From: Oikopleura dioica
Lineage: Eukaryota > Animalia > Chordata
NCBI GenBank assembly: GCA_907165135.1
Contig: OU015566.1
Coordinates: 6,882,001-6,946,000, forward strand
DNA: 64,000 bases
Reading direction: 5' to 3'
Shown: positions 38,841 through 51,200 of the stretch, in pieces
Position numbering within the stretch: position 1 is the stretch's first letter
How the letters are laid out: each line of letters begins with the position of its first letter
Made by a program: the position numbers and the translations under genes
Notes under the pieces: model-generated
The model's input: the letters and a program-made list of their open reading frames with translations, nothing else
Databases searched by the model: none
Told to the model about the DNA's origin: nothing

Positions 38841-40108
38841 CTAGCTCTTTTCGTCTTCAGTATTTGTAACCGTCAGATCAGCTTCTCCAGCAAGTGGAGC
38901 TGCTAGTGGAGAGCTCTCGTTTATCAATTCTGAGTCTATCTGGGGATCCTCTTTGATTTGATTGATCGAGCTAAATGTGACTGTAAGTCGTACGTTTCCA
39001 GTAGCGACATTATTATTATCGAGTGGCCATTAGTCTTAATTTGGCACTAAATTCTCCTTCTGGCAGGACCTACCTTTCAAACTCATCATCATTAGATCGA
39101 CCTCGTTTCACCATCGTAACGATGATCAAGGCTAAAGTGATGAAAACAAATCCGCATCCAAGTGCGATGACGATCATGACCATCAGTTCTTCTCTTCCGA
39201 TATTCTCTGACTCGGGATCTTTCAAATACTGAAGCGCTGTTTTTCTTTGAAATTTTGACATGGCGTACCTTTCTTGCGAGACTCTGCAGGTCTTCAACGA
39301 AAATCGGTTGAGCATTGCAAGCATTTTGGTGATCCCATGATGAGTCTGCGCATGCACAAGCAAATTTGTAAGACATCGTCCCATTTGGCGTAAAATGAAC
39401 CCATTCCTCTGAAGAATATTATGTCATTCTCAAAGCTGAAATTCCCAGACTATCAACTTTTTCATTGATTATACATTCCTGCTGATTCTTCGTAGAATAC
39501 TTATTTCTCTCAAATATAAACTTTACCTGGATTCACGCGACAAACTCGCTCAACTTCTGGATTGAATAGGGGAAATAGCTAAACACAGTTATTGCGGAAA
39601 AAGAATCGATTACAACCTTTTTGATATCAGCAGATTTCTCACATCTAAACTTCGCCTTTATCCTCATCGTCGTCAGCGTTCCATTCATGAACCCATAATC
39701 CTCAAAGGTCTTGTAATCTCCAGGCTGCAAGTCAAAGCTCGCCAAGCACACTTCTCCCTCACTACAAATCTCGCATTTTTATTTGACAACTACATTCACT
39801 TCCTTACTCGCAAAGGCTGACAGCGTTGCAATTTGTTCTATCAGTAGTAGTGGAGCAACTCGATCTGTCGCAGCTGATTTCTTTATATTCGGCGTACTTC
39901 GTCAGTGGATCCATACATTGGCGACACCAGACTGGTGGTTTTTTATCTGTAGGAGGTCCTTCAAATTAAAATTGAGAACTTTGTGCATGCTACAGTGTCT
40001 TCAAGAAAAAAATAGACAAGAAACGCGATGGAAAACACTGCGTTTTCTGTTCTCCTTGATACCTTGTGCTTTTGTCAATACAAGCAATTCTAGTGCCAAT
40101 AATCTCAT
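38841..40108 (-). CDS. TGF-beta type II receptor-like ectodomain + TM + ~55-aa tail, no kinase domain
   Basis: Signal peptide MRLLALELLVLTKAQ; 12-Cys ectodomain from WCRQC to FACAC..ACNAQPIF; TM MVMIVIALGCGFVFITLALIIVTMV; stop at 38841-38843. All junctions can be read as phase-compatible GT-AG. Confidence 0.8.
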
Positions 40109-40452
40109 AACTTCTCAAGCGTAAAATCTCTAATGTACAAAAAAGGTGAAGAAAGACAAATCTTGGAATTAACTAGGGTCAGATAATGGAAGGCGCTTGA
40201 GTTTGTTTGTTCGTGGCCACAACCTTCCAGTCAATTAATCACAAGTCTAACGTACTTCCTTTTAAATCTTTCTGGTCAATTCTTTTCAAAAGAAATCATC
40301 TTGCATCGGTGTTATTTTATTTTGTGAGGAATGGAACATTTTTTTGCGGAGAGAATTGTACAAACTTGATTCTTGCTAAATTTACAATATGGTACAGCTT
40401 TTTTCACAGAATTGTATAAATAAATAAACTTGTCTCTCGACATCGAGAAAGT

Positions 40453-42524
40453 TCAAAGTTCAGGGCTTCCACAGATAGTGTTTGTATCTGTCGTGAATGT
40501 TTCCTTCCACACGTTGTCTTTGCAGGTCAGTTTGGCGGTAGGCACATACCCAGGGATGAGGCATTCGAATGAGCAATGCAAGCTCCCTCGTTTGTGGCTG
40601 CACTTGATTGCTTCAATGTCTGTATATACAGAGGAGAGACCTTGCGGAGAGCAGATGTTTTCTTCATCTGCGTCTAAGTCTACATAGTTCCAGTTAGATC
40701 CTTGTCTTCAAAGTTTAACCTTACCAATGCTCCGCATTTTTTCAATTTGATTTGGTCTCAAAAACTCTTTCGAAGATATCTTTTCTTGCAAAGAAAGCTT
40801 CACAAATCTTCGAATATCTTTCGGCAGAAATGCTTTCTTCCGCCGGAGCATTCGTTCTTTGAATCGGTCAGCGAGCATTTCGCGTTTCTCGAGTTCTTTT
40901 CTTCTTTCGACCATTTTCATGGCGCGGCGCTGTGCTTTCAGAGCTCTGCGTTGAGCTCGAGGAGATTCTGAAAAAGTACTTTTATAAAGCTTTTGATGAC
41001 TTACAGTACCATCGATGCTATTCGCGCTTTTGAGATTTATCTTCCTCGCCATGCTCCTCATCTTGCCGGATGTCATTTGCGCGCCCATATCAATCGCCTG
41101 AATCAAAATTTAGCGCCGCTCAAATAGAAGCTTGTCAGACCTTATTCACGAGCCAGCCAACAAAGGGTTGAATCTGTGTCTGAAGACCAAGTGGCCGACC
41201 CATGTCGCAACCGAGCCCAAGTGAAGTTAATCCAGCGATGACCGGTCTATAAATAATGTCAGTGAATCTCTTCCTTGATTTCAGCGTTCTTACTTGTTCT
41301 TGTTCCACATGACAAATGGCGATCCGCCGCTTCCAGTGCAAGTTGGTCTTTTGCCACTCCTCATCATTTGACCAGTGCAAAACGTTTTCTCCTTAATTCT
41401 AGCGTCTTTCCGAGTTCATGAACTTGAACATTACCGGATCAAAAAAGTGGAATCCTCGCTGACAAGTCTCAACAGGCTGTATTCTTAGCGGATCATCGAT
41501 GATCTTTTTCGAAGGCGTTCCGAACTGGCTCAAATCTCCCCAACCAGCAGACGCGCCCAGGCTGTTTTCTTTGATAATCGTTGATTTCCGGTGAACCAGG
41601 CAAATTGGATACGACGAAATGGATATCTCAGCGGGCTGGGCGAGACGCAAGAGGCAAATATCGTACTAAAAGGCTCATGAATAAGAGTTTCTCAGTTGCT
41701 GCTTACTTGATGAGTTGCTATATTAAATTTTTCATGCCTTCTGAAATCGATGATTCTGACCGACTTCTCAGAACTCCAAGGACCTTTGCTGGTATCAAAA
41801 AGATGAAATACAATCATTTTACATAAGTGTGTTTACGTCAGAAGACGATTGAAAGGAAAGCTAAATTATCCGAGCTGATACCGTCCTTGACTTCCGATAT
41901 ACACCTCGTGTCCGACCGGATTATGGCAGCAATGAGCGGCCGTCTACCTAAAGGTCCAAAAACGCACCCATATTTACCCAAAACAGGTGGAATCATTTTA
42001 TATTGTCAAATTGTGAAAGGAAGAGGGGAGCAGCTTTTCACGTGAAAAACAAGTGACTAAGGGGTAGGGGAAGGGTGAGTCCGATAAATCTAATAGACTT
42101 GTTCCGGGAACGTTTTGGACCCCGACCAGAACAAAACGCGGACCGAGGAGCGACCCGACGCAACGACCACCAAGACTGACTAGCCAAGGCCAGCGATAGC
42201 GATTCTCGCTACTTTTTGGGTCCTGCAATTGTTGAGCAAAAACGGTGAGATTGGAAGGCGGCGGGTAAGCTTCGTTTTCAAAATAATCCTGAAATTGATC
42301 TGATTGAGGTAAGGTCATCTTTTACTGGAGAAAACAAACAAGTTTCAAAGTTCCACGTGTTTTTGTTGATACTCAAAATTTTAATCAAAACCTCGCGCAT
42401 TCAAAAATCAAGGTAGAGACTCCAAAATGCTTAGAAACCATCATTTTACCTCGCAATAAAGTTCTGAATCTTCATTTGCCAAGACTGCTTCCAACAATAA
42501 AATCCAGAAGCATGCTAGCTTCAT
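40453..42524 (-). CDS. Secreted trypsin-fold pseudo-protease with basic linker and C-terminal Cys-rich (sushi-like) module
   Basis: Signal peptide MKLACFWILLLEAVLA; WPWLVSLGGRCVGSLLGPRFVLVGVQN (no TAAHC); YDICLLRL; SAGWG; CTGSGGSP in place of CxGDSGGP; GLTSLGLGC. Confidence 0.8.
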
Positions 42525-43124
42525 ATCTTCTCATGCGCTTCTTACTCTCTTGTTTTGACTCTCTCCAGTTCTATCAGTTTTAATTAGCGTCGTTATAAAA
42601 TGCCCATAATCAATTTCTTTATGCAGGAATACAAAATTTCAAGGAAAGAAGGGAAATTTTGCCGAATGAGCCGATTTGGAGAAAAATTGCTCAGGGGGCG
42701 CCACAGGGGCCCTGTGATGAGGCGGCGCCATCATAAGTTTCGTCCCATTATAATGAAAATCCAAGTCATTGGATATAAACAAAAATTATAAACTGTTAAC
42801 ATTGGACGTGGGTCAGAATTTTCTGCAAGCTATGATTTTAATGAAACATAAAATTTGATTGAATTTCCTCAAAAAATTTTGATTGAACCACGTGACTGAC
42901 TTGGATTGCCGGCCCAATATTTTTTGTTTTCCTTAAATATTTGCAAGAGAAAACTTTTCATCCTATTTGGGGGGCTAATCGGGTAAAACAATATTTGTCT
43001 TTGACACAGTGTATCCCTTTTTCCGCATGAGTTGATTCCTTTTCCCGGTTTCTTATACCGACAGTAGAACATTTTGCTTGAAAAGCAACTTAGTAGTAAG
43101 AGAACGTATTCTGAATACTCTGCA

Positions 43125-43695
43125 ATGGCACCGAGAGAAGCACTTCCAAACAGGATATCGGATCTGAAAGCTTTTTTTGAGTCTGAAGGGTGGAGTACTG
43201 ATGATGATGGCAGATCTGACACTGAAAGTGAATATTCTGTATGGTCACATTCCGATAACGAAACCGATCAAGACCAAGTTGAGATAGAGAAGGAAAATAT
43301 ACAGCCACCCATAGATACAAATGCTCCCATGAACCCGTTTACCATCATTCGTAAGAAATTAGGATAAACAAGTAAACAGGGAGTAAATTAGAAGACGCCA
43401 AGCGCTACTTCACAGAAAATGCGATCTTTGCAATTGTCAACCACCTTGGCAATGTCAGAGTCTACGGAAAGTACCGGAATAAAAACGAAACGCCCTTTAC
43501 GATTTTCATCAACAAATCCTCTGGTAAGAATTGAAAAATATCAATGGTATAAAATAGATTTCAGGCAAATTGGTTTTCTACTACCCTGATTCAAACAGCT
43601 CTCATACGAAAAGAAATGGTGACTGGACATTGAAGGATATTCCATTGGATGAGCTTCAACGACTTGGGCCATGCGAACGTCGGTTCTCTCGCTAA
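43125..43695 (+). CDS. Uncharacterised 3-exon protein with acidic N-terminus
   Basis: Two short GT-AG introns join MAPREALPNR..PFTII|QDAKRYFTENAIFAIVNH..NKSS|GKLVFYYPD..RRFSR* in frame. Confidence 0.6.
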
Positions 43696-44322
43696 CTTTC
43701 CGACTTTATCAGTACACACACACTCTCGTAGGATAACGATTATGAAGAACTCAACTGATCATCATTCGACTCTAAATTTTCATTTTTATGAACGATTTGA
43801 CATAGAATAAATCTACCTCAATCTTTAATTATATTAATTTCGCATTGACAGATTACGAGGTCGTTCGTCGCATAAATTTTTTCATGAAACAAAATGCGCG
43901 CGGCGAACTTTCATCCAAGTACTTGCGCAACATTTGTGTGTTTTCTAACTGGGCGTCGCGTTTACTTTTCTTTTAATTTTTTAGGTTTAGGTTTTTCAGA
44001 AAAATCGGATTATTTAGTCGTGCACGTTTTGGCTCTCGCAGCGCGCCTAGCTTTAGAAACAACGTTCCAGTAGCCCATTTTCGAAGCAGTTTTGTTTGAT
44101 TTCAACAACAAAGTTTAAAGCCTTTGAAGCTCCATTTTAGATGATCGCGTAATTTGGGCGCCCGTTTACTCCCAACAAAAAAGCATCTGCGTTCATCAAA
44201 ATCAAAACCCGGATATATACCAACAAAGAATCGGAAGAGCCTCCGAGTTTTACATAATCAAAGTTTTTTCTAAAAATTAGCCAATTGTTTGAATCCAAAA
44301 CGAGACAGATTTATTGCTCAGC

Positions 44323-46344
44323 TTATAAGTTTGGTTTCTCTTCAGCAAAAAGCTTATCTGCATCAAGCTTGTAGTAGGAGTTTTCGTAAGCGTTTCTTGG
44401 AACTCCGGAGTATACGTGAGGAGAAGCAACGGAAAAGTAGAAGTCATTGTTTGTCAAGTCGTAGACGGCATTGTGGACGTCTCCTGTGCATGTGTGAGCG
44501 ATGATGTCTGAAATTGCGTTTTCGGGAGAGATATTGCCCCAGTGCTCGTTGATTCTCTCGGACAATCGGCGACTGTAATTTGGACAGTTCCAGTCCATTC
44601 CGTGGTAGACTGCGTTTTGAATGTGTGGATGCCAGTCGCAGGGCTGTGTCTCCTCGATACACCATGGTCCTGGTTCCATTGTCTAAACAGGTTAAATATC
44701 TCTCAAAACTTGTGTGAGTCACAAGAGCATTCATACCTTGTCATCAAAGAAATCTGCTTTGGAGTAGCTGTATCGGACAGAGTTGAACTCGTTGATCTTT
44801 CCGTCACCGACGCCAAGAATCAAGTTGCATGTTCGCGTTGCTCCTTTTACTCGAGCCTTTGAATCGTCAAGGCTCTTGTCCCACTGAAGAATGTCTCGCA
44901 AAAGGTAAGTGAATGGAATGCCATGTCGAGACTCGTGTCCAAAAGTATGATCAGCCCAAAGCGCGCCGATCTCTGAAATACCCATCAACTGGTCGTTCAT
45001 TCCAGTTAAAGAGCCGATCCAGCCAGGCCAGCCGAGGTTGATGAAGTCGTTGCCCCAGCCTTCCGATGGATGATAAACGGTAATGTGGGGATAGTCTCTG
45101 AATGGTCCGCCCATGTCCCAGTCGAGCGTTCGTCCCTGAAGAAGACCTTTTCCGGACGCCAAAGCTTCATCCCAGACTCCGAACATGGAGCAGGCTCCCT
45201 TGGTGATTTCACCAAACATGTGGATCTGTTGCAGTCGATGAGCAGAAAGTCCAGTAGCTCGCGCAATGCCTTCGATCTCTTGGTTGAAGTAATCCGGCGT
45301 GTATGGAGCTGTGATGTTAATTGTCTTGTCCATTGCCCATTCAATACCTCCTTCAGCGATGTCTTCAACAAAACTCGGTGGAAGATTTGGTTCAATATGG
45401 TTGTTGATCTCTTCCGTGATCTCGTTGAGAAGGTATTCGAACAATGTTGTCATGAATTCAACAATGGTATCTTTGAGAAGTTCTCCGTGAGCCTTGCCCA
45501 TTTCCATTGGTGTACCAAAAACGTGCGCGATGGTTACGACATTGTTGCCTTAGAGAAATAAATGTCATCCGAAATACTGTCAGAATTTCAATAAGGATTT
45601 CTGAGTGAAATCCTTACCCCCCTTTTTTATTGGCTCATTGGAAAGAACGTAAAAAATTACCCTGGATGAGTCGGAAAGATTTGAGAATTTTCGAACTTAT
45701 GACGTCATAGCACGTGACGGAAGTTACTAAAGTACCAAACTTTGGACGCTTATCATTTTCATGTCGCTTGAGCTATCATGACATGCAATACATGAAAATG
45801 ATCGTCGCGACGAGAGCTAGGTGTGCATTTAGGTTTCATCCCTCGAAAAAAAGTTCATCCCTTTTATGAAAATCAGGTACTATTGATAAAGAGTTGAAAG
45901 AATTTTTGGAGGGATGAAACAAAGATGCACACCTAGCTCTCGTCGCAACGATCATTTTCCGCTATCAAACGCCCTGATGGCTAAACTGGATCGAAAATGC
46001 GGAGCGTCCATAGTTTTGGTACTTTTTGAATTTTGGTCACGTGCCATGACGTCATTTCGAAGGAAATTTCATCCTTTTTGGGCGAATCTAGGATAACTTT
46101 TTACGCTCTTTCCAATGAGCCGATAAAAAAGGGGGGTAAGGATTTCACTCAGAAATCCTTATTGAAATTCGTCTGAAAACTTACCCGTATTGACGTTATA
46201 AAGTCGGCCATTCTCAACTTCCTTTACGAAAGTAGGCTCATCGGACAAAATGGGCATCTCGTTGTCCTTAGGATTCTTTTGAGGGGAACCATTACAGTAC
46301 GCTCCAAGAGCTACTGTTGGTAGAAGACATGTAAAAAGTTTCAT
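44323..46344 (-). CDS. Secreted Ntn hydrolase, peptidase C45/acid-ceramidase-like (dcd1-type)
   Basis: Signal peptide, YCNGSP..PTFVKEVENGRLY, HVFGTPMEMGKAHG, nucleophile motif GACSMFG, GRTLDWD, GISEIG, GIPFTYLLRDIL, TCNLILGVGDGK. Confidence 0.85.
45583..46170. mobile_element. ~590-bp palindromic MITE filling intron 1 of the Ntn-hydrolase gene
   Basis: GAATTTCAATAAGGATTTCTGAGTGAAATCCTTACCCCC... mirrored at 46170; arms pair imperfectly over ~260 bp with a short spacer; no TSD found. Confidence 0.8.
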
Positions 46345-46539
46345 TTTACTCTGATCTCAGAATATGGTCAGACTAGAATCGTTCGATCAGAAGGAAATCA
46401 AACAGATGGGATTCTTCACATTCAAAACAAATTTTGCAACGTTTTCTCCTTCAGAATTGGAATAAAATCAACTTGGATGACTGGAAAGACGATGTTCAAT
46501 CAAAACGTAAACAACTGCGTAATTTTGATAGTTTTAAAT

Positions 46540-47850
46540 TATTTTTATTATGTCTATGGAGGATGAGATGATGCACGTTGCCACGTTTTGGTTTTGTGGC
46601 GCTGGACGAGAGGCGATTTAGATTTGCGCTAAACAACTCTAAATCACGCTCAAGCAAGCCAAACATGCGAAAAATCTGCATATTGGTCTTGTGCTCAATG
46701 CTCAACGAAAATTTCTCAATAAGTTTTAAGTCGAACTCAGTAAAACAATACTTTCTTATCAAGAAATCTTCCAAAAGGAGCTCTTGATTAATTTCACCTG
46801 GCAAGGTGCAGATCATAAGCTATGCTGCCTATGCAGCAGTCACTAGTGTCAATGTCTGTTCGCAAACCATAAGGTGCCTCAAATGTCAAGTAAAATGAAG
46901 CTTTAATTAAGAAAAAATTTCCATAAACAGCAAAGCCTTCAGTTACCGTTTACTGTTATTTATTCTTAATCCTGATGAGGTCCCATTAACGACATTCCGT
47001 AACGCCACACTGATGGTGCCTCTTTCTCTCTTTCGCATAAAAACCATCTACTTCGAATAAACTCATCCTGAAATCCAGTCATTAGCATGGCAAATATCAG
47101 CGAAATCCTATCCGGAGGAGCAATAGACTCTTATTATTCGCGAAAACGATTTCTGGAATGCAGAATTCCGAATGTCATTTGAATAAAGTTACTAGCAAGT
47201 ATGCATGTTGATAACTCAAAGCAAAATTTAGAAAGCCCGGAAGTGATTTAAACCACTTCCGGATCTTTCGATTACGGTCAAAAGACCTGAAAAACGTAGT
47301 GAGAAGCCGATTAACCGATAATTTGGTTGTTTGACGCTCATCTGGCGGTGATCTGGCAGCGGGTGATCCATCGTTTGGGAATTATTTATTTAAAAAATGT
47401 TATTTATTTAAATAAATCTGGCTTAAATGGGCTGGACATTGTGGGCTGAACTTATTTCCCAAACAGGATTGTTACGAAACAACTACACGCTAAGAATAGA
47501 GCATAGTGTGCCCAAAACAAAGCCTCTTTATTCTCATAAAACCGTTTACAAAAAGAGGATTAGCCACCAACTCACGCTATCTAACGCTTTAAAAGGTCAC
47601 CTGCGCCCAGGCGGTGATTCTAGTAATTTTCCCACTTTCCTGAAAATTCGGAAGAAAAATGTCGGAAGAAGGTGAAAGGATTCACACCTGAGCCGTGAGA
47701 AAGTCAGAGATGTCAGCGGGAGAGACAGGTCTTTGCTGCTGCTCTTTCAAGGTCAGAATTTTTGATGCCTCTGCTAAAAATAAACCTTCCTCCTCTAGAA
47801 TAACCTGCATCAGACTTTCGCTAACGCAATAAATCATTGACAGCTAAGAA
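46540..47850 (-). CDS. Possible unassigned spliced gene(s) between NCBP3 and the Ntn hydrolase
   Basis: Short open segments with splice-like ends, e.g. SLMQVILEEEG..DFLTAQ|ESGKITRITAWAQ| (phase 0/0). No homology recognised and no complete model. Confidence 0.3.
47237..47262. promoter_or_regulatory. Inverted pair of ETS-type sites
   Basis: CCGGAAGTG-ATTTAAAC-CACTTCCGG; two perfect inverted CCGGAAGTG motifs. Confidence 0.4.
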
Positions 47851-48237
47851 GCCATAGATTGTAGGCTTTCTTTTTTGAAGACATTTCAAACGCTTTGATA
47901 ACTTTATTTGAAAGTACAGAAAAGAAGATTCAAGTTCATTAAACATTAAATAGAATTGTTCGTTTGAGAAAAACGAGTCTTTATTTTTGACACTGGTATG
48001 ACAACGATCTCATAGCCAAGGGTTTCGGTGTAGGGATATCTCAATTTTTGGTGTACGTAAAAATTATTGCAAAGAATTGGTGAGAGGAACTTAACTTGAG
48101 CAAAGTTGAATGGGGAAATCAAAAAGAAGAATATTTTCTAAGCTCGAGGAGAGCAGTTTTTTCATAGGTATCGTCAAACTTTTTGCAAATTTACTGGCGT
48201 GAATAATTTTTATCTAACTCAGTGGCGCTGGCAGGCA

Positions 48238-51200
48238 TTAATCTGTCTCCATTCCAGAGGATTGAGAGGGTTTTCGGCGGCGATCTTTTTCTAGGGTTAG
48301 ATATCTTTAGAGGGAAAACTTTCTTTACAATTAAGTTCAAAATTTCTCACTAGAAACATTTAAACCCGTGCCAACATGAACATCAATCGTCATGTTCATA
48401 TGATCAAGTTTTCTCTTGTCGAACTTTCCACCAGAAGGTCCAAAAAGCGGTCTCTTCCGCGCAGCTAAAAATAATTAGAGGCTCGATTACATTCTAATGG
48501 CGCTCCACGAAGGGTACCTAAATTCTTGGCAACTGCCAATTTGCAGATCGTCGCTGAGGGGTATGCTCGTTTGGAATCGCGGCGGCCAATGTAGGAAACT
48601 TCGGAATGGGCAGAATCGGAGTGCGCGGTGTCGGAGTCGTATTCAGAATTGCTCCTGTAATAGAAAAAGGGTTGGGAAAGAGAGACAAGGGGAAATTAAG
48701 AACCTGTTGAAAGTAGAAGAAGAAATTCTGGACGAAGTGGCAGAGTGTCCAGAAGTGACAGAAGAATCTGACTCGTAAGGGTCGATAGGTTTTCTGAAGG
48801 AAGTAAGTTTCAAAAGAAAAAAATGGTGAGTTACCTTTTCTTTCCGTATTTCGAGGCCTCAGAGCTCGTTGAAATTCGCGATGAAGCGGCTTAAAATGAT
48901 AAGATTCGTAAATTCTATGAGGTTCTATTTACCAGAAGTAGCGGAGGATGAAGTAACATTAGAGCCATAAGATTTGACGGACTCAGAGTCAGACTCGGAG
49001 TATTTGGATCCACGGCGGTCTTGGTTCCTGTAGGACTGGGCGGAGGAGGCTTCGGACACATCGGAATCGGATTCCATCGTCTCGTAGCTTCGTTTTCGTT
49101 TCTTCGAACTGTCTTTTCAATAGCTCAACAATTGAATTTTCGCAAAGAAAAAGAAAATGGATTGATTTGAGCTAGAACCGTGGCTTCAGATTTCTTGCGT
49201 TTGTCGTTTGCGTTTTGTGACAGGGTGATGGTGAGTCCAGTAAGTTCGTTGCGTTTCTTCTCTGGCTTGCTTTCTTTCTTTGGCGTGAGTGATCCCAATC
49301 GGTCTTTGATGGATCCTCTTCGAGAGGAGCTACGAGAGGACTTTTTGATGTCGATTTCTGAATCAGAGGTTTCGGACTGGCTGTACAGACGTCTTCCGAA
49401 TACACTTCCCTAAGAAGGGTAAATGAAAAGCATGAATGAGGAAAAAACCTTCGTAGAACTCGATTCAGAGTCAGAGTAAAGCGGAGCGGCGGGAAGTTTG
49501 AAAGCATCAACGGGAATCTAAACACAGCTTTGGCAAAAATTCTCGCGTTGAAAACCTACCGCTTCAGGAATTTCATCAACGGTAGAATTAATCAGTTCCA
49601 CATCAGCTCTTGCTCTGCTCGAATCCAACTTCTCCTGGTTCGGATTGTAGTCGGATTCCTGCGCCTTCAGATTGACTCCAAGTCTTTCGCCCATTTTTCG
49701 GATCTCTTCACGCGTCTTCTTGTAGTTGTACCTATCAAAGTTTCATTTTAACAAAAAGAAAGAATGAATTTGTTTGTTCACCTTCGCTTGAAAGTTTTCG
49801 TAAGTAGACCACGCATGCCACCATAGTTGGGATTTCCGTATTTCACGTAGTACTTGGATTTGGACTGCGCTCCTCTGATCTTTTGATCGGATTCGAGGGA
49901 GGATCGTACCGCTAGCTTCACTTTTTCGCCGTCTTTGACCATGATCTCGACGCAGTCTCTTGGCTCGCTCAAGTCTCCATCGAATGGCCAGTAAGACGCA
50001 ATATCGAGGTCCATTTCTTCCTCCTCTTCCGTCAAATTAATCGTGTCGCCGTTTTGCTTCTTCTTGTTCTTGCTATTCGCTCGATCTTTGAGAAGCGCGG
50101 CGGCTTTTGCTTGAAGACCAGCAAGGTCCATGGCAGTGTGAGTACAAGATATCATACAACGAACAGCAGCTGATTCCTCATGCCAGAGAAGCTTGCATCT
50201 ATCATCATCTACCCAGTCAACCTATCGAACGAGCTTTCAGAGCGGATTAAAGAATGGAATAGCGATCTTTCTTTGATGGAAGTCAACAAATAAATATTTG
50301 CGGATTAGCGTTGGATTTTGACACCAGCTTTGTGTTAGCAAAACGTGAAATTTTCCATGGAGATACAATACTTATCGACTCTAAAGAGGGGGCTACTTCC
50401 TTAGCTACTGAATATTCAAGCTACTGTAAAAGCTCGTTCCTTGTCGGGCGCATATGTTTTGAAATAGTTCAGTAAGTGCTCTGTATTGAGATCTTTGCAG
50501 CCAAAGACAGTAATAGACGACGCTTTAATCATTTTTCCTTCGGCCATTTCATCGAGATTGAGCCCTTCGTTCAGTTCTTCAACGCGTTTTGAGTACTCCT
50601 TGATGATGTCTTCGTGAACTCTGTTGATAACATCGTCGTCGACTTCGCCTTCTTCCATGTTCTTGTTGATGTCGAGTCCGAATCGCTTGGCTCGAGCTTG
50701 TTGTTTCTTGAGTTCGGAAGGCGAGTGCTTGTCGATTCCCAAACCAAGAACTGGGATTCCACGAGCGATATTCCATTCTTCCTCGGAAATACGCGCCAAT
50801 TTCATGTTGTTTCTCACCACTTTCGTTGGGGATTCGCCTGAGCTTTCATCTTTGATCTTGACGAAGCAAATTTCATAGCCCGGCTCATCGTCTCTATCGA
50901 TGCAAATGGACAAGTTCGGCAAAATCGCCGACCCAGCTCTGACTTCGCTAAGATCTTCGTCTTCAAATTCAGTTTCTGTTTCTGAAACCATCGAGTCAGA
51001 TTCAACGGCGGAACTCATCGCCATAGAAGTTCGATGATCGGAGGTGATGTCCGTCGCCACGCTGACTTCGATGTCTGACTTTTTGTCCAGCGGACCGCGG
51101 GCAAAACGAGACGCAATTTTCGAGGAGTCAGAAATGTCAGTTCCAGAGGATTTGGTACTCAAATGCGATACGAGGGAGGATCGGGAATGAGCTGAAATCG

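Noticed and set aside
34245-45561. Long antisense ORFs such as 34245-34922 and 45070-45561
   Set aside because: Shadows of COG7 and Ntn-hydrolase coding exons on the other strand or in other frames.
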